Assembly: GCA_049724395.1 (NCBI GenBank) | Contig: JAUGWO010000025.1 | Coordinates: forward strand, 62,001 to 97,980 | Length of the DNA: 35,980 bases | Direction of reading: 5' to 3' | Origin: Spongospora subterranea f. sp. subterranea | Lineage: Eukaryota | In this document: positions 12,561 to 23,619 of the stretch, piece by piece | Position numbering within the stretch: position 1 is the first letter of the stretch | Layout: every line of letters starts with the position of its first letter | The notes under the pieces: generated by a model | Seen by the model: the letters and a program-made list of their open reading frames with translations, nothing else | The model's database searches: none | What the model was told of the DNA's origin: nothing | Translations under genes and position numbers: made by a program

Positions 12561-13042
12561 CTCAAAAGCCTCCAAAGTCATCAAGCACGTCAAATCCAAA
12601 AAGAACCACAATTCACAAGTCAAAACGAACAAACGATGTGGTTTGAAAAGGAAGAAACTAAAATTCGTCAGCTGCGTAAATCATTTGATATCCGCGAGAA
12701 TAGTTTTTTATCAGCCCACAAACATTCTAATCCTAAATTCTTATCATCAAGAATTCTCGTTTTCATAAGTTAACTAATCTACCAGATCTGATAGCCTCCG
12801 AAACCCTTTCGTTTATTAGCCGTAATTTGCAAGGTTAGAATATTGCGCTTCTTTTAGCAAGTTGCCTTTCATTGAATTGCCCTCGATGAATGTCACCTTA
12901 TGTGCTGTGACTTCGACAAATGCATGCCACCGCCGCCAGGAACAGGCCGTTAATATATGAAGGAGAGGCGACCGACATTAAAACGTGAACGGTTTGACCG
13001 CCTTTTGTCGAACCAAATCATAGAGGCCAATATCGCTTCGAC

Positions 13043-13185
13043 TAGAATGGCGTATTAGATAGACAGCAATTAGTCGAATATCTTGTTTATTGACAATCCA
13101 CCCTGACGCATGTAGGTATGATTCAACACCGCCTTGGAGTGAGTCAACACCGCCCGCCCGTCGTCAGCCTTCCGATCCGACATCA
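13043..13185 (-). repeat. 3' LTR of Copia element
   Basis: Identical to 15160-15302 (tagaatggcg...ccgacatca). The right end could instead be 13182 if the LTR begins TGTCGG. Confidence 0.9.
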
Positions 13186-13191
13186 GCCGCC

Positions 13192-14395
13192 CTAAGGCAC
13201 CAACAACGGGTGCACACTGCTCATTCCCGACGCATCCATCATGACATCGATGGCATGTCGTATTGTTGGCTTTGTCAACGCATCTGCCGGATTCCTCTTC
13301 GAATCGACGCGCTCAAATCGAATGTGCCCAGCTTTAACACATTCCCTGACATAATGCCATCGGACCCGAATATGCTTGTTACGATCTGTAATCGCATTGG
13401 TCTTTACCATCTGCTCCGCTGCCGTATTGTCTTCCAGCACTATAGATGAATACCTCAACCGGAACCCAATTCCATCCAGAAGCATTCGAATCCACGCAGC
13501 TTCTCGCGACAACTCGCTCGCAGCGATATACTCGGCATGACATGATGACGTCGCCACCATACCCTGCTGTTTCGAACGCCAACATACGATTGCACCTCTT
13601 ATGAGCACAATAAATCCCGTCATTGATTTGGAAGTATCTGCGTACATCGCGAAATCAGAATCGACCGCCATCCGCGGTTCGCTCGTCTTCTTGGCGTCAT
13701 CATTCAGCGCCTCGGGATCAAATCCGTTAACCGGAAAGCGATTCTTGTTGAACCTGATGCCGATATCAGGACAACCTTCGACATACCGCATCACATACAG
13801 CATCATGGTGAAATGTTCCTGTCCCGGATTGCTCAGATGTCTGGACAGCTGTGACACTGCATGTGTCAGATCCGGACGAGTGCCGACAGACAGGTGTGCC
13901 AGGCACCCGACACCTTCCCTGTACTGATCGTGCCGGTATGGCTCATCACTCTTGCGTCGTGGATGATTCTGACCGGTCGGAATCGGCGTCTTCGGGGCAC
14001 GGCCCTCTCTGCCTCCCATCGACTCGTCAATTTGTGCCCGAAATCGCTCCACAACCCCTCTATCGTACTGGGCCTGGTCTAGTGTGATGTAGTGACCGCC
14101 CTGCTGCACTCTCATTCCTAAAATCCACCGTGCTGGCCCTAGGTTCTTCATCTTGAAGGCCTTGCCTAACTCCATCTTCACGCGATCGATCTCATCAGGA
14201 TTCGTGCCGATCATTACGAAATCATCTACAAACACACCGATGACCATGAGGTGATCAGTTCCGTGCACCCTCGTGCGTGTTGTGAATAGACAGGGATCCC
14301 CAGGCACCGTTGTAAACCCGATCTTATCGAGTACTGACACCAGCTTTTCGTACACAGTCTTGGTGCCTCCACCAAGCCGTACAATGCCTTTTTCA
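13192..14395 (-). pseudogene. Copia pol fragment: C-terminal RT plus RNase H
   Basis: LKKALYGLVEAPR (frameshift near 14355), GF...DPCLF, VFVDD, LGM, TRPDL, DSDFA...SKSMTG...WRSKQQ...SSCHAEY, EDN, KHI...HYVRE, NPADALTKP. Confidence 0.93.
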
Positions 14396-14742
14396 ACTTG
14401 GCGAATATGCGGAAAACGGCTGCAGATATCTCGCATGTGGACGACAACTATCGAGTGAGTGCACACGACTTGGCCTTAAGGATGACGTTGGAGTCCCTGG
14501 TTGTTATGAAGCTAGGAAAGAATGCAGATGGATTCGGGTGTAACAACTTGACAATCGGAAGGGCCTTGTTTTTTAACTGATGATCAGGTTGGCATTATCC
14601 CAATATCCATCTGCATTCTTTCCTAGCTTCATAACAACCAGGGACTCCAACGTCATCCTTAAGGCCAAGTCGTGTGCACTCACTCGATAGTTGTCGTCCA
14701 CATGCGAGATATCTGCAGCCGTTTTCCGCATATTCGCCAAGT
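14396..14742. repeat. Perfect inverted repeat, 138-bp arms (14396-14533 / 14605-14742), 71-bp spacer, derived from gag
   Basis: acttggcgaatatgcgg...aatgcagatggat is the exact reverse complement of atccatctgcatt...tattcgccaagt. The same peptide (ANMRKTAADISHVDDNY) appears on both strands in the ORF track. Confidence 0.97.
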
Positions 14743-15136
14743 ACTCCTTGACGTCCTTGACAGTGGGGTTCTTGGGGCATTGCAGCTTGTTGAGCTGTAT
14801 CTGCAGCGACGCCAGGCCCTGCTTTGTCACTCCGGCGTACTCCGCCTTGATGGCGTCCATGGCCTCTTTTGGTGAATGGATGCCGATCATTATTTCGCTG
14901 ATCGTATCCACCTCCATGTTGTATGTCAGCAACCTCATGGCCTCAGCCATCATTCTCGGGCCTTTCTCTGCGCCTTGCAGGACCTTATCCAACCCCGAGA
15001 GCATCGCGGCTGTCTCGATCAGATAGAGCCAAACCCCGACGTTGGCGTCGTCTGGTTTCAACTTCATGCCGATATCAAACGCGGCTTTCCCTGTTGCCCC
15101 GCGGGGCACGTCCTCTGATTCGGGGGTCTTCGTCAT
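14573..15136 (-). pseudogene. Copia gag N-terminal part (truncated)
   Basis: The ORF starts 5 nt after the PBS and has a Copia gag-like pattern (KL...N...W...I...SPKEAMDAIKAEY...L). No zinc knuckle is present. Confidence 0.7.
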
Positions 15137-15140
15137 GAGT

Positions 15141-15159
15141 GAGCTTGGGACTCTTAATC
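15141..15159 (-). promoter_or_regulatory. Primer-binding site complementary to the D-stem/anticodon arm of tRNA-Lys(CUU)
   Basis: The plus-strand sequence GAGCTTGGGACTCTTAATC abuts the 5' LTR. It matches eukaryotic tRNA-Lys(CTT) positions ~22-40 (GAGCATGGGACTCTTAATC as I recall it), including the CT-CTT-AA anticodon loop. Confidence 0.75.
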
Positions 15160-15302
15160 TAGAATGGCGTATTAGATAGACAGCAATTAGTCGAATATCT
15201 TGTTTATTGACAATCCACCCTGACGCATGTAGGTATGATTCAACACCGCCTTGGAGTGAGTCAACACCGCCCGCCCGTCGTCAGCCTTCCGATCCGACAT
15301 CA
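15160..15302 (-). repeat. 5' LTR of Copia element (TG...TA termini on the element strand)
   Basis: Identical to 13043-13185 and followed on the element strand by the PBS and the gag ATG. Confidence 0.9.
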
Positions 15303-15382
15303 CTCCGGACAGCGACACAAGCTGTCGTGTTTCTTGTTCCTGTTGACCCTCAAGACTTCGCAGGTATCACCACGAATTCAGT

Positions 15383-16270
15383 TTAAACACGCCTGCGATT
15401 TCTTTTCAACAAAATGGGTTGCGTTGCGTCGTCATCTTCATCGTAAACTGTTGCGATATCATGAGCTGAACCAAACCGATGGCGAAAGTAGGGAAGTATA
15501 TAATTACCGGCTGCCGCAAACTTATTAGAGGGATAGGACGAATTTCTTCTGCATTCATCATTTTGATTGAGAGGTCCTCCCTTTTCTCCCGTGACATCAG
15601 TGACTTTGAATTCGTTTGTGAATGCCTGCGAGAAACGCCTCGCTTATGCCCTGTTTTGCCCAAGACGAATCTTGCGATAATTCTGTGTTTGATTGTTTTT
15701 CCATAATAGGAAATTGAATATGCCTCTAAACGGCAACTTTCTGGAAGCTCCATAACCTACGTATGATATAATCTCCCAAAACTGATGCCGTCAATTTTCA
15801 GATAAATCATAAAATACAAACTATATTGCAAAACAAAACGTTCTGAAACAAATTTCAATTCATTCGATTTCGGCCTCACGATAGACGTATTTTTACAACC
15901 CTATCGATGCTGTCGCAAAAAAAGGGAGGATCAACCCCTTTTCGTGGAATTTCAACTTCAACTTGATCCTTGTAGAATCACTGAACAGCATTGTGGCACA
16001 ACCCTTCATTTTCTACTGGGGCGTTTTGCTAGTCCGGTGCACCTCAGAACACGCCATTCAAAAAAAATCTTTTGACGGTCCTGGACAGACCATTGGAGTT
16101 TACATTTGGCGATGTTGTTTACCCCATTGTTGTTGACACAAAACTTGATTACCATTGGGCGCTGCACATCTTCAGGGTCGGGACAGTTCTGAACCTTTTC
16201 ACAAATGTGCAAGGGCAGTGGTTGGCTTTACAGCGAACTTCGTTGAATGCGGACCTTGAACCTTTACGAT
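15383..16270 (-). CDS. Possible multi-exon hypothetical gene
   Basis: Exon-like segments with GT/AG boundaries, ending ...KFAAAAHDIATVYDEDDDATQPILLKRNRRRV*. No family was recognised and no start was found. Confidence 0.3.
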
Positions 16271-16780
16271 CGTTAGAGCCTCATCAAAGTTTCAGGAAAA
16301 TTGAAATGCTAAAAGGGGTTACGCCACCATCCACAATAAATCAGGTCATTCTGTTTGTTCCCGCCAAGGAAATTTTATGGCTATATCGTCAAGTGTATCG
16401 TCTTATTTTTTACCCTACTCGTTATGGCTTTTCCCTGTTTATTTCAGTCTTTTCCTGTTTCCGTCGCGTCATTTACAGTCGTTTAGGTAAGGGTAGACGT
16501 GAACTGTTGACTGGTGGAGTGTCACTTTGCGACGTGTCATGACCGTTCTGGCGCCGCCTCCTCTCAGTCCAGCCTCGACTCAACCACGGTAGATGTTGTA
16601 GATTTGACTGGTAACCCTTGGGTAGGATGATGGTGGTGTAACAGTGTCGTTTGGTTTCCTATTTTCTGCGGCCTTGGAGTGGCCTTGGACATCATTCCTT
16701 CATATCATTCGGAGACCAAATCTGGTCCATTGGCCTTGGTGCAGGCCGGGATAGCAGCCTGATTCCCAGAGAGTGGAACG

Positions 16781-17660
16781 ATGGAGGTGTTCAGGCTAAC
16801 GGACAAGGCGTTTGTCCAACGATTACGTGGCCTCAACATGATTACTGCGCTGTTGTTTTTATTGGCTGGCGTCCTGAATTTTGTACTGATGGGCGGATTC
16901 AGTTTTAGTCAATTTGTACGTCTATATATATATCCATTGAACGCCGTTGACCGATGGTCATCAGATCAACAGCGTATTCGTGATGTTGTTTGCCATGTTG
17001 CTACTGCTTTTCGAGGTCTGCTCCCATTAGCTGTTTGTGGCTTTCGACTATTTAATCCTATATTGTTCATTAGTCACATTTTGGATGGGCACATACCGTT
17101 GTTGCTAACAACTTGGCCTTAATCCTCGGTTGGAAAGGTCGCACGGCTTTCACCTTCTTTGTCTCTTCTCTTTCGCTAGGTTGGTGGCCATTTGTTCTGA
17201 ATTTCGCTTTTGACGTCGTAATGGGTCAGGTCTTGGCATAATGGGCATTATCGCATCTGTAGTTGGTAATGCACTGCTATTGGTGATCATGTGTTTGGTG
17301 CTGGTGAATTTATGGTTCTACTAGGCTGCTTTGATGTCGTTGTCAATATGTTTGGTCTCATATATCGTAAAGAGCTTTCGCCTTCATTCGACTTCAAACA
17401 TCTTTATCAAACGGATCCAAACCCCACTCAGCCGCTGTCTAACGAACCTCAAATAGAGCAGCCAAAACCATATTCCCCTTCCCGCAATGCCAAGTACGTA
17501 TTCGAAGTCAAGCAAAAAAAATATCATCTGCTGACCCATTGTTCAAAGCGCGGCACCAGCGTCGAATGATGACTGGGAAGAAATTATTGACGCCGATACC
17601 GGGAATAAATATTATATGAATAAGGCCAATGGTAAAACATCATGGTCAAAACCTAATTAG
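16781..17660 (+). CDS. COPI_assoc/TVP15-like multi-pass membrane protein with a C-terminal WW domain
   Basis: Hydrophobic exons LNMITALLFLLAGVLNF, VFVMLFAMLLLLFE and LGWKGRTAFTFFVSSLSLG (family-like GR motif). The last exon, DDWEEIIDADTGNKYYMNKANGKTSWSKPN*, is a canonical WW domain. Confidence 0.75.
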
Positions 17661-17889
17661 GTCTAACATTCTGTCCTAAATACACTAAAAGCACATATTT
17701 CGCACGTTTTTCCGGAAATTCCTTCAACCTCAAAATCAATCAAACTTCCGCGCTGAGTTTTTTCCCCTTGTCTACACGTGGGTGGGAAATTTTTTACGGA
17801 CACCGTGACGGACTCCGGAAAAATCGAGAAAGATTCATTCCAGACATTGCCAACTTCAACGTAAGTTTGGCCTGACAACTTTAATCATC

Positions 17890-20370
17890 ATGCCTGGAAT
17901 ACGCAAAGATGAGGTAAGCAGTAAACGCTCTCGTAAAGCGTTGGACAACGACGATTTGGGAAAGAAGGAGTTGAAGAAGGCCAAGAAGGAAAAGTCCGGT
18001 GATAAATCGGAGAAGAAAGAGAAGAAATCAAGCAAGGAGAAATCCAGCGACAAGACCGAGAAAAAGGAGAAGAAGAAGGAGAAGAAGGAAAAGAAGGAGA
18101 AAAACGAGGAGGAGAAGGAAGAGAAGAAGAAGAGCAAACGCGCGAAAGCCGAGGAGGAAGTTGTGGAGTTGGTGAACCCCAATGCTGTGGCCAATTTCCG
18201 AATCAGCAAGGTCAACAGGGACGCGTTAGCTGCTAAAGGAATCACCGGTACATTTTCAATTAAATCCTATCCAACACCCGTTTTAGCATTGACGTTATCA
18301 TATTTGTGCAGACCTGTTCCCTATCCAAACCAGCACATTCGACATTATATTCGAGGGAAAGGACATCATTGCCAGAGCCAAGACCGGATCGGGTAAAACC
18401 CTGGCGTTCGCGCTGCCCATCTGCGAGCAGCTCTTGGCGTCCGGTTCGCCCAGGACTGGCGTCTACGGGCGCGCCCCCCGTGTCATTGTCATCGCCCCGA
18501 CTCGTGAATTGGCCAAACAGGTCGCCGTCGTCTTCCAATCCGTCAGCCAAGGTCTGGTCGTCACGACAGTATACGGTGGAGCGCCATACCAGCCCCAAGA
18601 AGCGGCCATGAGGAAAGGGATCGACATCCTCGTCGGAACTCCCGGACGGATCAACGACTTCCTCACCAAGAAGACCACGCTGAAACTGCACGAGCTCGAC
18701 GTCGTGATCTTGGATGAGGTCAGTCCTTGATCTGGCGGATCAGTTTCCCCCATTGTATTCACACGGGAGCTTGTTCCCCAGGCCGACGAGATGTTGAACG
18801 ATGGATTCGCCAAAGATATCGAGGCGATATTGGCGTCCATTGGCGATAGACATACCCAAAAGCTGTTGTTCTCGGCTACAATTCCCGACTGGGTTAATCA
18901 AGTTGCCAAGAAGTATCTCCGACCCGACAAGGTTGTTCACCTGTTCCGTTGTCCCGTCGCCTTACTCGACCACTAACCTTCCGCGCAGATCGTCGTCGAT
19001 CTCATTCAGAGTGCCATATCGACCAATCCCGATATCAGCCACTTCTCGATGCCCTGTTTTTGGACCGAGAAGGCCAAGGTCATCGCCGATTGTATTCGTG
19101 TCTATGGGCACGGTGGTCGCACGATCGTTTTCGCTCCAACCAAGAAAGAGTGCAATGAAATGGTTATGGATCCCCCGATTCAATTTGGACGCGCAAGTTC
19201 TTCATGGCGATATCGCTCAAACTCAGCGAGAATCGACACTAAAGGTATGTTTCTCGTTTGTGCCTTTCGTGGTCGCCATCTAATATCCCCAATTGGCGTT
19301 TAGGGCTTCCGTGATGGGAAATTCAAAGTCCTCGTCGCCACTGACGTTGCCGCTCGTGGTCTGGATATCTCAGGGGTCGAACTCGTCCTGCAATCGGAGC
19401 CGCCTTCCGATCACGAGACATACGTGCATCGGTCGGGGCGTACTGGACGCGCTGGCCACAAAGGAATCTCAATCACTCTCTACAACCCGAAACATGTCTA
19501 TTACATGCAGAATATTGAGAAGAAGGTGGCTCTTTCGTGCATCTCATTTTTGTTGTCGAAATCTAAATGGGGATGTTATTGATTTTCAGGCCCGAATCAA
19601 ATTCCAGATTAAGGGGTGCCCCCAACAGTCAGATATGATTCACATCGCGATCGACTCGACAATCGAGAAAATACTGGGTTCGGTGGGATTAGCGCCATCC
19701 CCATCGATCGCCGCCGCTGTGGAGAGGCTGGTGTCGGCGGCAGGGTCGGCCGACGCCGCCCTGACCGCTTGTCTCGTGTCGCAATGCTCCCAGATCAATG
19801 GTCAGAACATCATGCAGGAGACGTCGCTCTTGACCGGCCAGGCCGATTATGTACGCCCCATCGTCCCTTAATCTGCCCCACGCCCATCGCTAACCGCAAA
19901 TAGGCCACAATCAGCATCGAATCCGCTCATGCGTTTTACTCTCCGACCCACGTTTTCAGCTGTCTGCGAAGGTATCTCAACGATAATATTGTTGAGGCGG
20001 TTAAGAATATTCGTATGCGTGTCGATAACCAAGGAGCGGTTTGCGATGTCCCTGCCAGGTCAGTTTATCATCCGAATTGATCTGCAGTTGTCTCCGTTCC
20101 CTCATCCCGTTGCCCATCAGTGCTCGGTCCGAAATCGCCAAATTGCCACCGTCGTCTGGCATTGTTTTAGCGAAATCGTTGCCCGATATCATCGAGAGGT
20201 CTGATGGTCCTCCTCCCAGCCGGCGGTTCGGTGGAGGCGGAGGCGGTGGCGGTGGAGCCCGTCGTGGTGGTTATGGTGGCGGCGGCAACGGTGGCGGTTA
20301 CGGTGGTCGTGGCGGGTATGGTCGTGGCGGTGGTGGTGGTGGTGGTGGCTATGGCGGCGGCCGATGGTAA
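17890..20370 (+). CDS. DDX21: Nucleolar DEAD-box RNA helicase, DDX21/DDX50/RH7 type, multi-exon
   Basis: K/E-rich N-terminus, Q motif [33 protein letters not shown] (split by an intron), [36 protein letters not shown], a GUCT-like region and an RGG/GYG tail. Confidence 0.93.
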
Positions 20371-21360
20371 TCGTCCTCATCATCTATCCCATCCTTCACG
20401 TAATACACTTTATTCCTATTTCCCTATTCTATTCTGGTTGAGGATCAGCTTCCCCCGCCCCCGAACGTTGCGGTTTTGAGATTGCTATGCGACATCGTTG
20501 AAATCGCGACGCATCACTGTTCAGCTATAAAATCAAACTGCTGTTGATTGTGCAAAAGGGATTATTTACATTGTGTTATTCTCGATATGTTATGGGCTGT
20601 TCGTGATTTACTGCCCAAGACAGGTTGTGTTTCTTTACCGACGTCCCTCGACCGGACATGTGGTCGGACCTCAATCCTGCTACACCATGGCGCTATTCCA
20701 TCCGCGTCACCATTGACATCGGAACAGGACACCACCTACTATTGACACCACTGATATTGCCTCATCGCACGATGAAAATTGTTCATTGGGCAATATTGCA
20801 GTCGTTGCATGTTTAGGGTTTCGATGCTCCAAAGTTATGGCAATATTCTGTATAATGATATTGGATAAATCATGTTTACCATTGGATCAATTCACAATAG
20901 CACAATCGTCATGCCGTTGTAAGTTCTCAGGGCAATCGCGTGCGATTTGAATATTTCCGCTAACTCGAAAACGGCGCTGACGAGTGGTGTAGTCGAGTAG
21001 GGCAACAAAAAAGAAAACCGCCAGCAGATTCATGGAGCGCTCTATCTTTGAGAGTTAGCCAGGTTCAATCCAAACACATGAAAGAGGACAGTGTTGACTT
21101 GGCGGCGACCCAATTTCGTCGGGTTTGCAAGCACCATTGAACAAAGTGTTGTTTTCGAAACGTATTCGTTCATATTGACATAACGACGCTGGTCGTGGCG
21201 TCTGTCAACCCAGTCAAATATACATACTGGGGTGGGTAATTCGTTACAGACGTATGAACTTATGTACAGTACCTGTCACGCACTGCGGATGTCCGTCCGT
21301 GGTTAGTCCGTGTGTACGTGGATTCATGGACATTGTGAACCTAAAGTGTACCAGACTTGG

Positions 21361-21693
21361 GCACACAGGGATGCTACTGGAATCGGGGCAGCCATAACGG
21401 CGACAACTGCAGAGTAAGCAAAAGCATGCATGAACCACATGTTGCATGTGATAAAGCCGAAGCAGATGCTCCTGTCGGACCTTCGTCATTGTGGGGCAGA
21501 CGGGCCATTGGCCATGGTGAGATGGTGAGCAGGATCCTGAATGGCGCAGAATATCTGCCCCACAATGACGAAGGTCCGACAGGAGCATCTGCTTCGGCTT
21601 TATCACATGCAACATGTGATTCATGCATGCTTCTGCTTACTCTGCAGTTGTCGCCGTTATGGCTGCCCCGATTCCTGTAGCATCCCTGTGTGC
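21361..21693. repeat. Near-perfect hairpin: 140-bp arms (21361-21500 / 21554-21693), 53-nt loop, 3 mismatches
   Basis: gcacacagggatgcta...gtggggcaga pairs with tctgccccac...catccctgtgtgc. Mirrored peptides appear in the ORF track. Confidence 0.97.
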
Positions 21694-21887
21694 GTTTTCC
21701 ACCAGGTCGCCGCACGACACCATCCAACCCAAACGGATGAGTTCACGGGGCGTGCACGAATCGGGTTGTATGAAATGTGCCTCGTCTTTGACGTCTATGA
21801 GATGGCGTTTACACTCGGATTGAAGCCCAGGTCTGGTACTGTAGGTTCACAATGTTGAGGTTTGAAGATTGGGTCTGGTACTGTAGG

Positions 21888-22530
21888 TTTATGACACTTT
21901 CTAGGGCGGTCGGTTGTAGAGAGCAACACATCAATTGCGCTTTTTCTTCACTTGTGATTTGGATCGATACGCGGAGGTCTGCCTCGTCCTCCAGTTGATC
22001 TTTGCGCACTGAAGGAACGCGCTGGTGTATTTCGCCCCGCCACCGTCAGCAGCTTAAATCTGCCGCCAAGTTGGACGCGCTCGCTGGCAAACGTGGACAT
22101 TATCTAGTATGCCGCTCGCTCTTTAACGTCCTGATATATATTTGAAACACGGCGACGACGTCCTGCCCATCGCATTCTCCGGCTGCGCCAATCAGAGTCC
22201 CTACGAATGGCTGCGATGTTTACAGAACAAGGTTAACCCAAACAGTGTTCGATCCGCCGATATCATCGCTAGTGGGGCCATAACACCGAGATTGAGCACG
22301 AACTCCCTGGCTACCTGTTTTCGCATGCGGCCAAAGTCGATAAGTTTAGAGCGATGCGTATTTCTACACTGTTTTCCAAGGAAATGTCTAACGGTTGCCG
22401 TTCCTTCAGTGTGCAAAGATCATCTGGAAGACGAGGCAGACCTCCGCGTATGGACGCCAACCACGAGCGAAGAAAGCGCGCAATTGATGTCTTCTTCCCT
22501 ACAACCGGCCGCCCTAGAAAGTGTCATAAA
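21888..22530. repeat. Diverged inverted repeat: 132-bp arms (21888-22019 / 22399-22530), ~380-bp spacer
   Basis: tttatgacactttctagggcgg...cactgaaggaacg pairs with cgttccttcagtg...ccgccctagaaagtgtcataaa. The peptide LEDEADLRV...LQP.ALESVIN appears on both strands. Confidence 0.92.
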
Positions 22531-23619
22531 TTGGGTTAACGGCAATATTTTCTACAACGCGTCCGCGTAAACAAACGCAGCTCTCGAGCCGTTGCTGTTT
22601 AAATGTGCCTTTGTACATCAGCATTACCCGAGTGCAATAATCGCCACAGCTCAAAGCTGTCAATATTAATAGCATTATTACACTGAGGCTCGGAGCAAAC
22701 TTTAACACACCGTATCAAGAAAGGTGAACAATGGCTCGACCTGTACCATTTCCACAATTGCTTGGCGGTGAGGAGGTCAATTGTAACTGATGCATTGCTG
22801 GTATCCTTGCTGTCACTCTTATAAGTCGATGATTGTAGTGTAAAGGCTGATGCTTTGTTTTAATGTGGATAATAAATGCTATTCTTGGGGATTTCACGGA
22901 AAGCACAATGGCTTTGCAATGTTTTACGCTCGTTAGAAGCCAGCCGTGAACTGTCGAACAAGTCATGATTTTGTAGTATTCGCGCTACAGACCCCCCCCC
23001 CCCCATTAGGATATTCCAACCAAGTTGATTGCCCCGCCAGATACGATCGTGATGCATTCGGCGGAGTTGGTCCAGCAAGTCAAAGAACTCACCGCATCGT
23101 CATGAATCAATGTTAGGATTGATCCGCGGTCCTCTCCTATACACGTGTCATAAGAGGTCCTGTATTCTGTTTGACTAATCTGCGGAGCACGGACCTCTCT
23201 GTCCTAACGCCGTAACGTTTGACGTTTCTCTCTGGCTATCCGATTCTCATAAGATATTACAACGTCCACTGCGTTTAAGGCGAACGCACAACATCGTGCG
23301 AGATAACGATTCTGCAGTGCTAATTGTCGCTGTTACTACAGCTGTATCGTTTTTAGTATCGAAGAACGTCGTAATTCCTAGTTGCCGTACACGGAATATT
23401 TGAGAATCATCTCCTTTGTAAGGAAGACGATGATGTTGATCAAGGGAGCGATGGTGATCATGCTTGTGATCATGTGCCAACCGGGGTCTTCACACGATCA
23501 GGGTCCTGCTCCCCTCTCCCACAGTGTCAAACAAGAGGATGAGGTCCTGTTCGTCTACCAGGTTGGACCAACGTGGCACATTGACGCTGTGCAATGTTGA
23601 TTGTCGTCTTTTTGTATAG

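Larger units (their letters stand above)
13043..15302 (-). mobile_element. Ty1/Copia LTR retrotransposon, non-autonomous (gag truncated; protease, integrase and RT N-terminus missing)
   Basis: Identical ~140-143-bp direct repeats at both ends, with a gag-like ORF and an RT/RNase H ORF between them on the minus strand. Confidence 0.95.

Noticed and set aside
17856..18245. Phe/Ser-rich minus-strand 'membrane' ORF
   Set aside because: Antisense shadow of the K/E-rich DDX21 N-terminus.
20189..20383. His/Arg-rich minus-strand ORF
   Set aside because: Antisense shadow of the Gly-rich RGG tail of DDX21.
22142..22570. Possible MULE transposase relic (VLPIAFSGCANQSPYEW)
   Set aside because: Only one weak motif resemblance; the other catalytic motifs are not recognisable.
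22992..23004. C13 homopolymer
   Set aside because: Simple repeat with no supporting structure.
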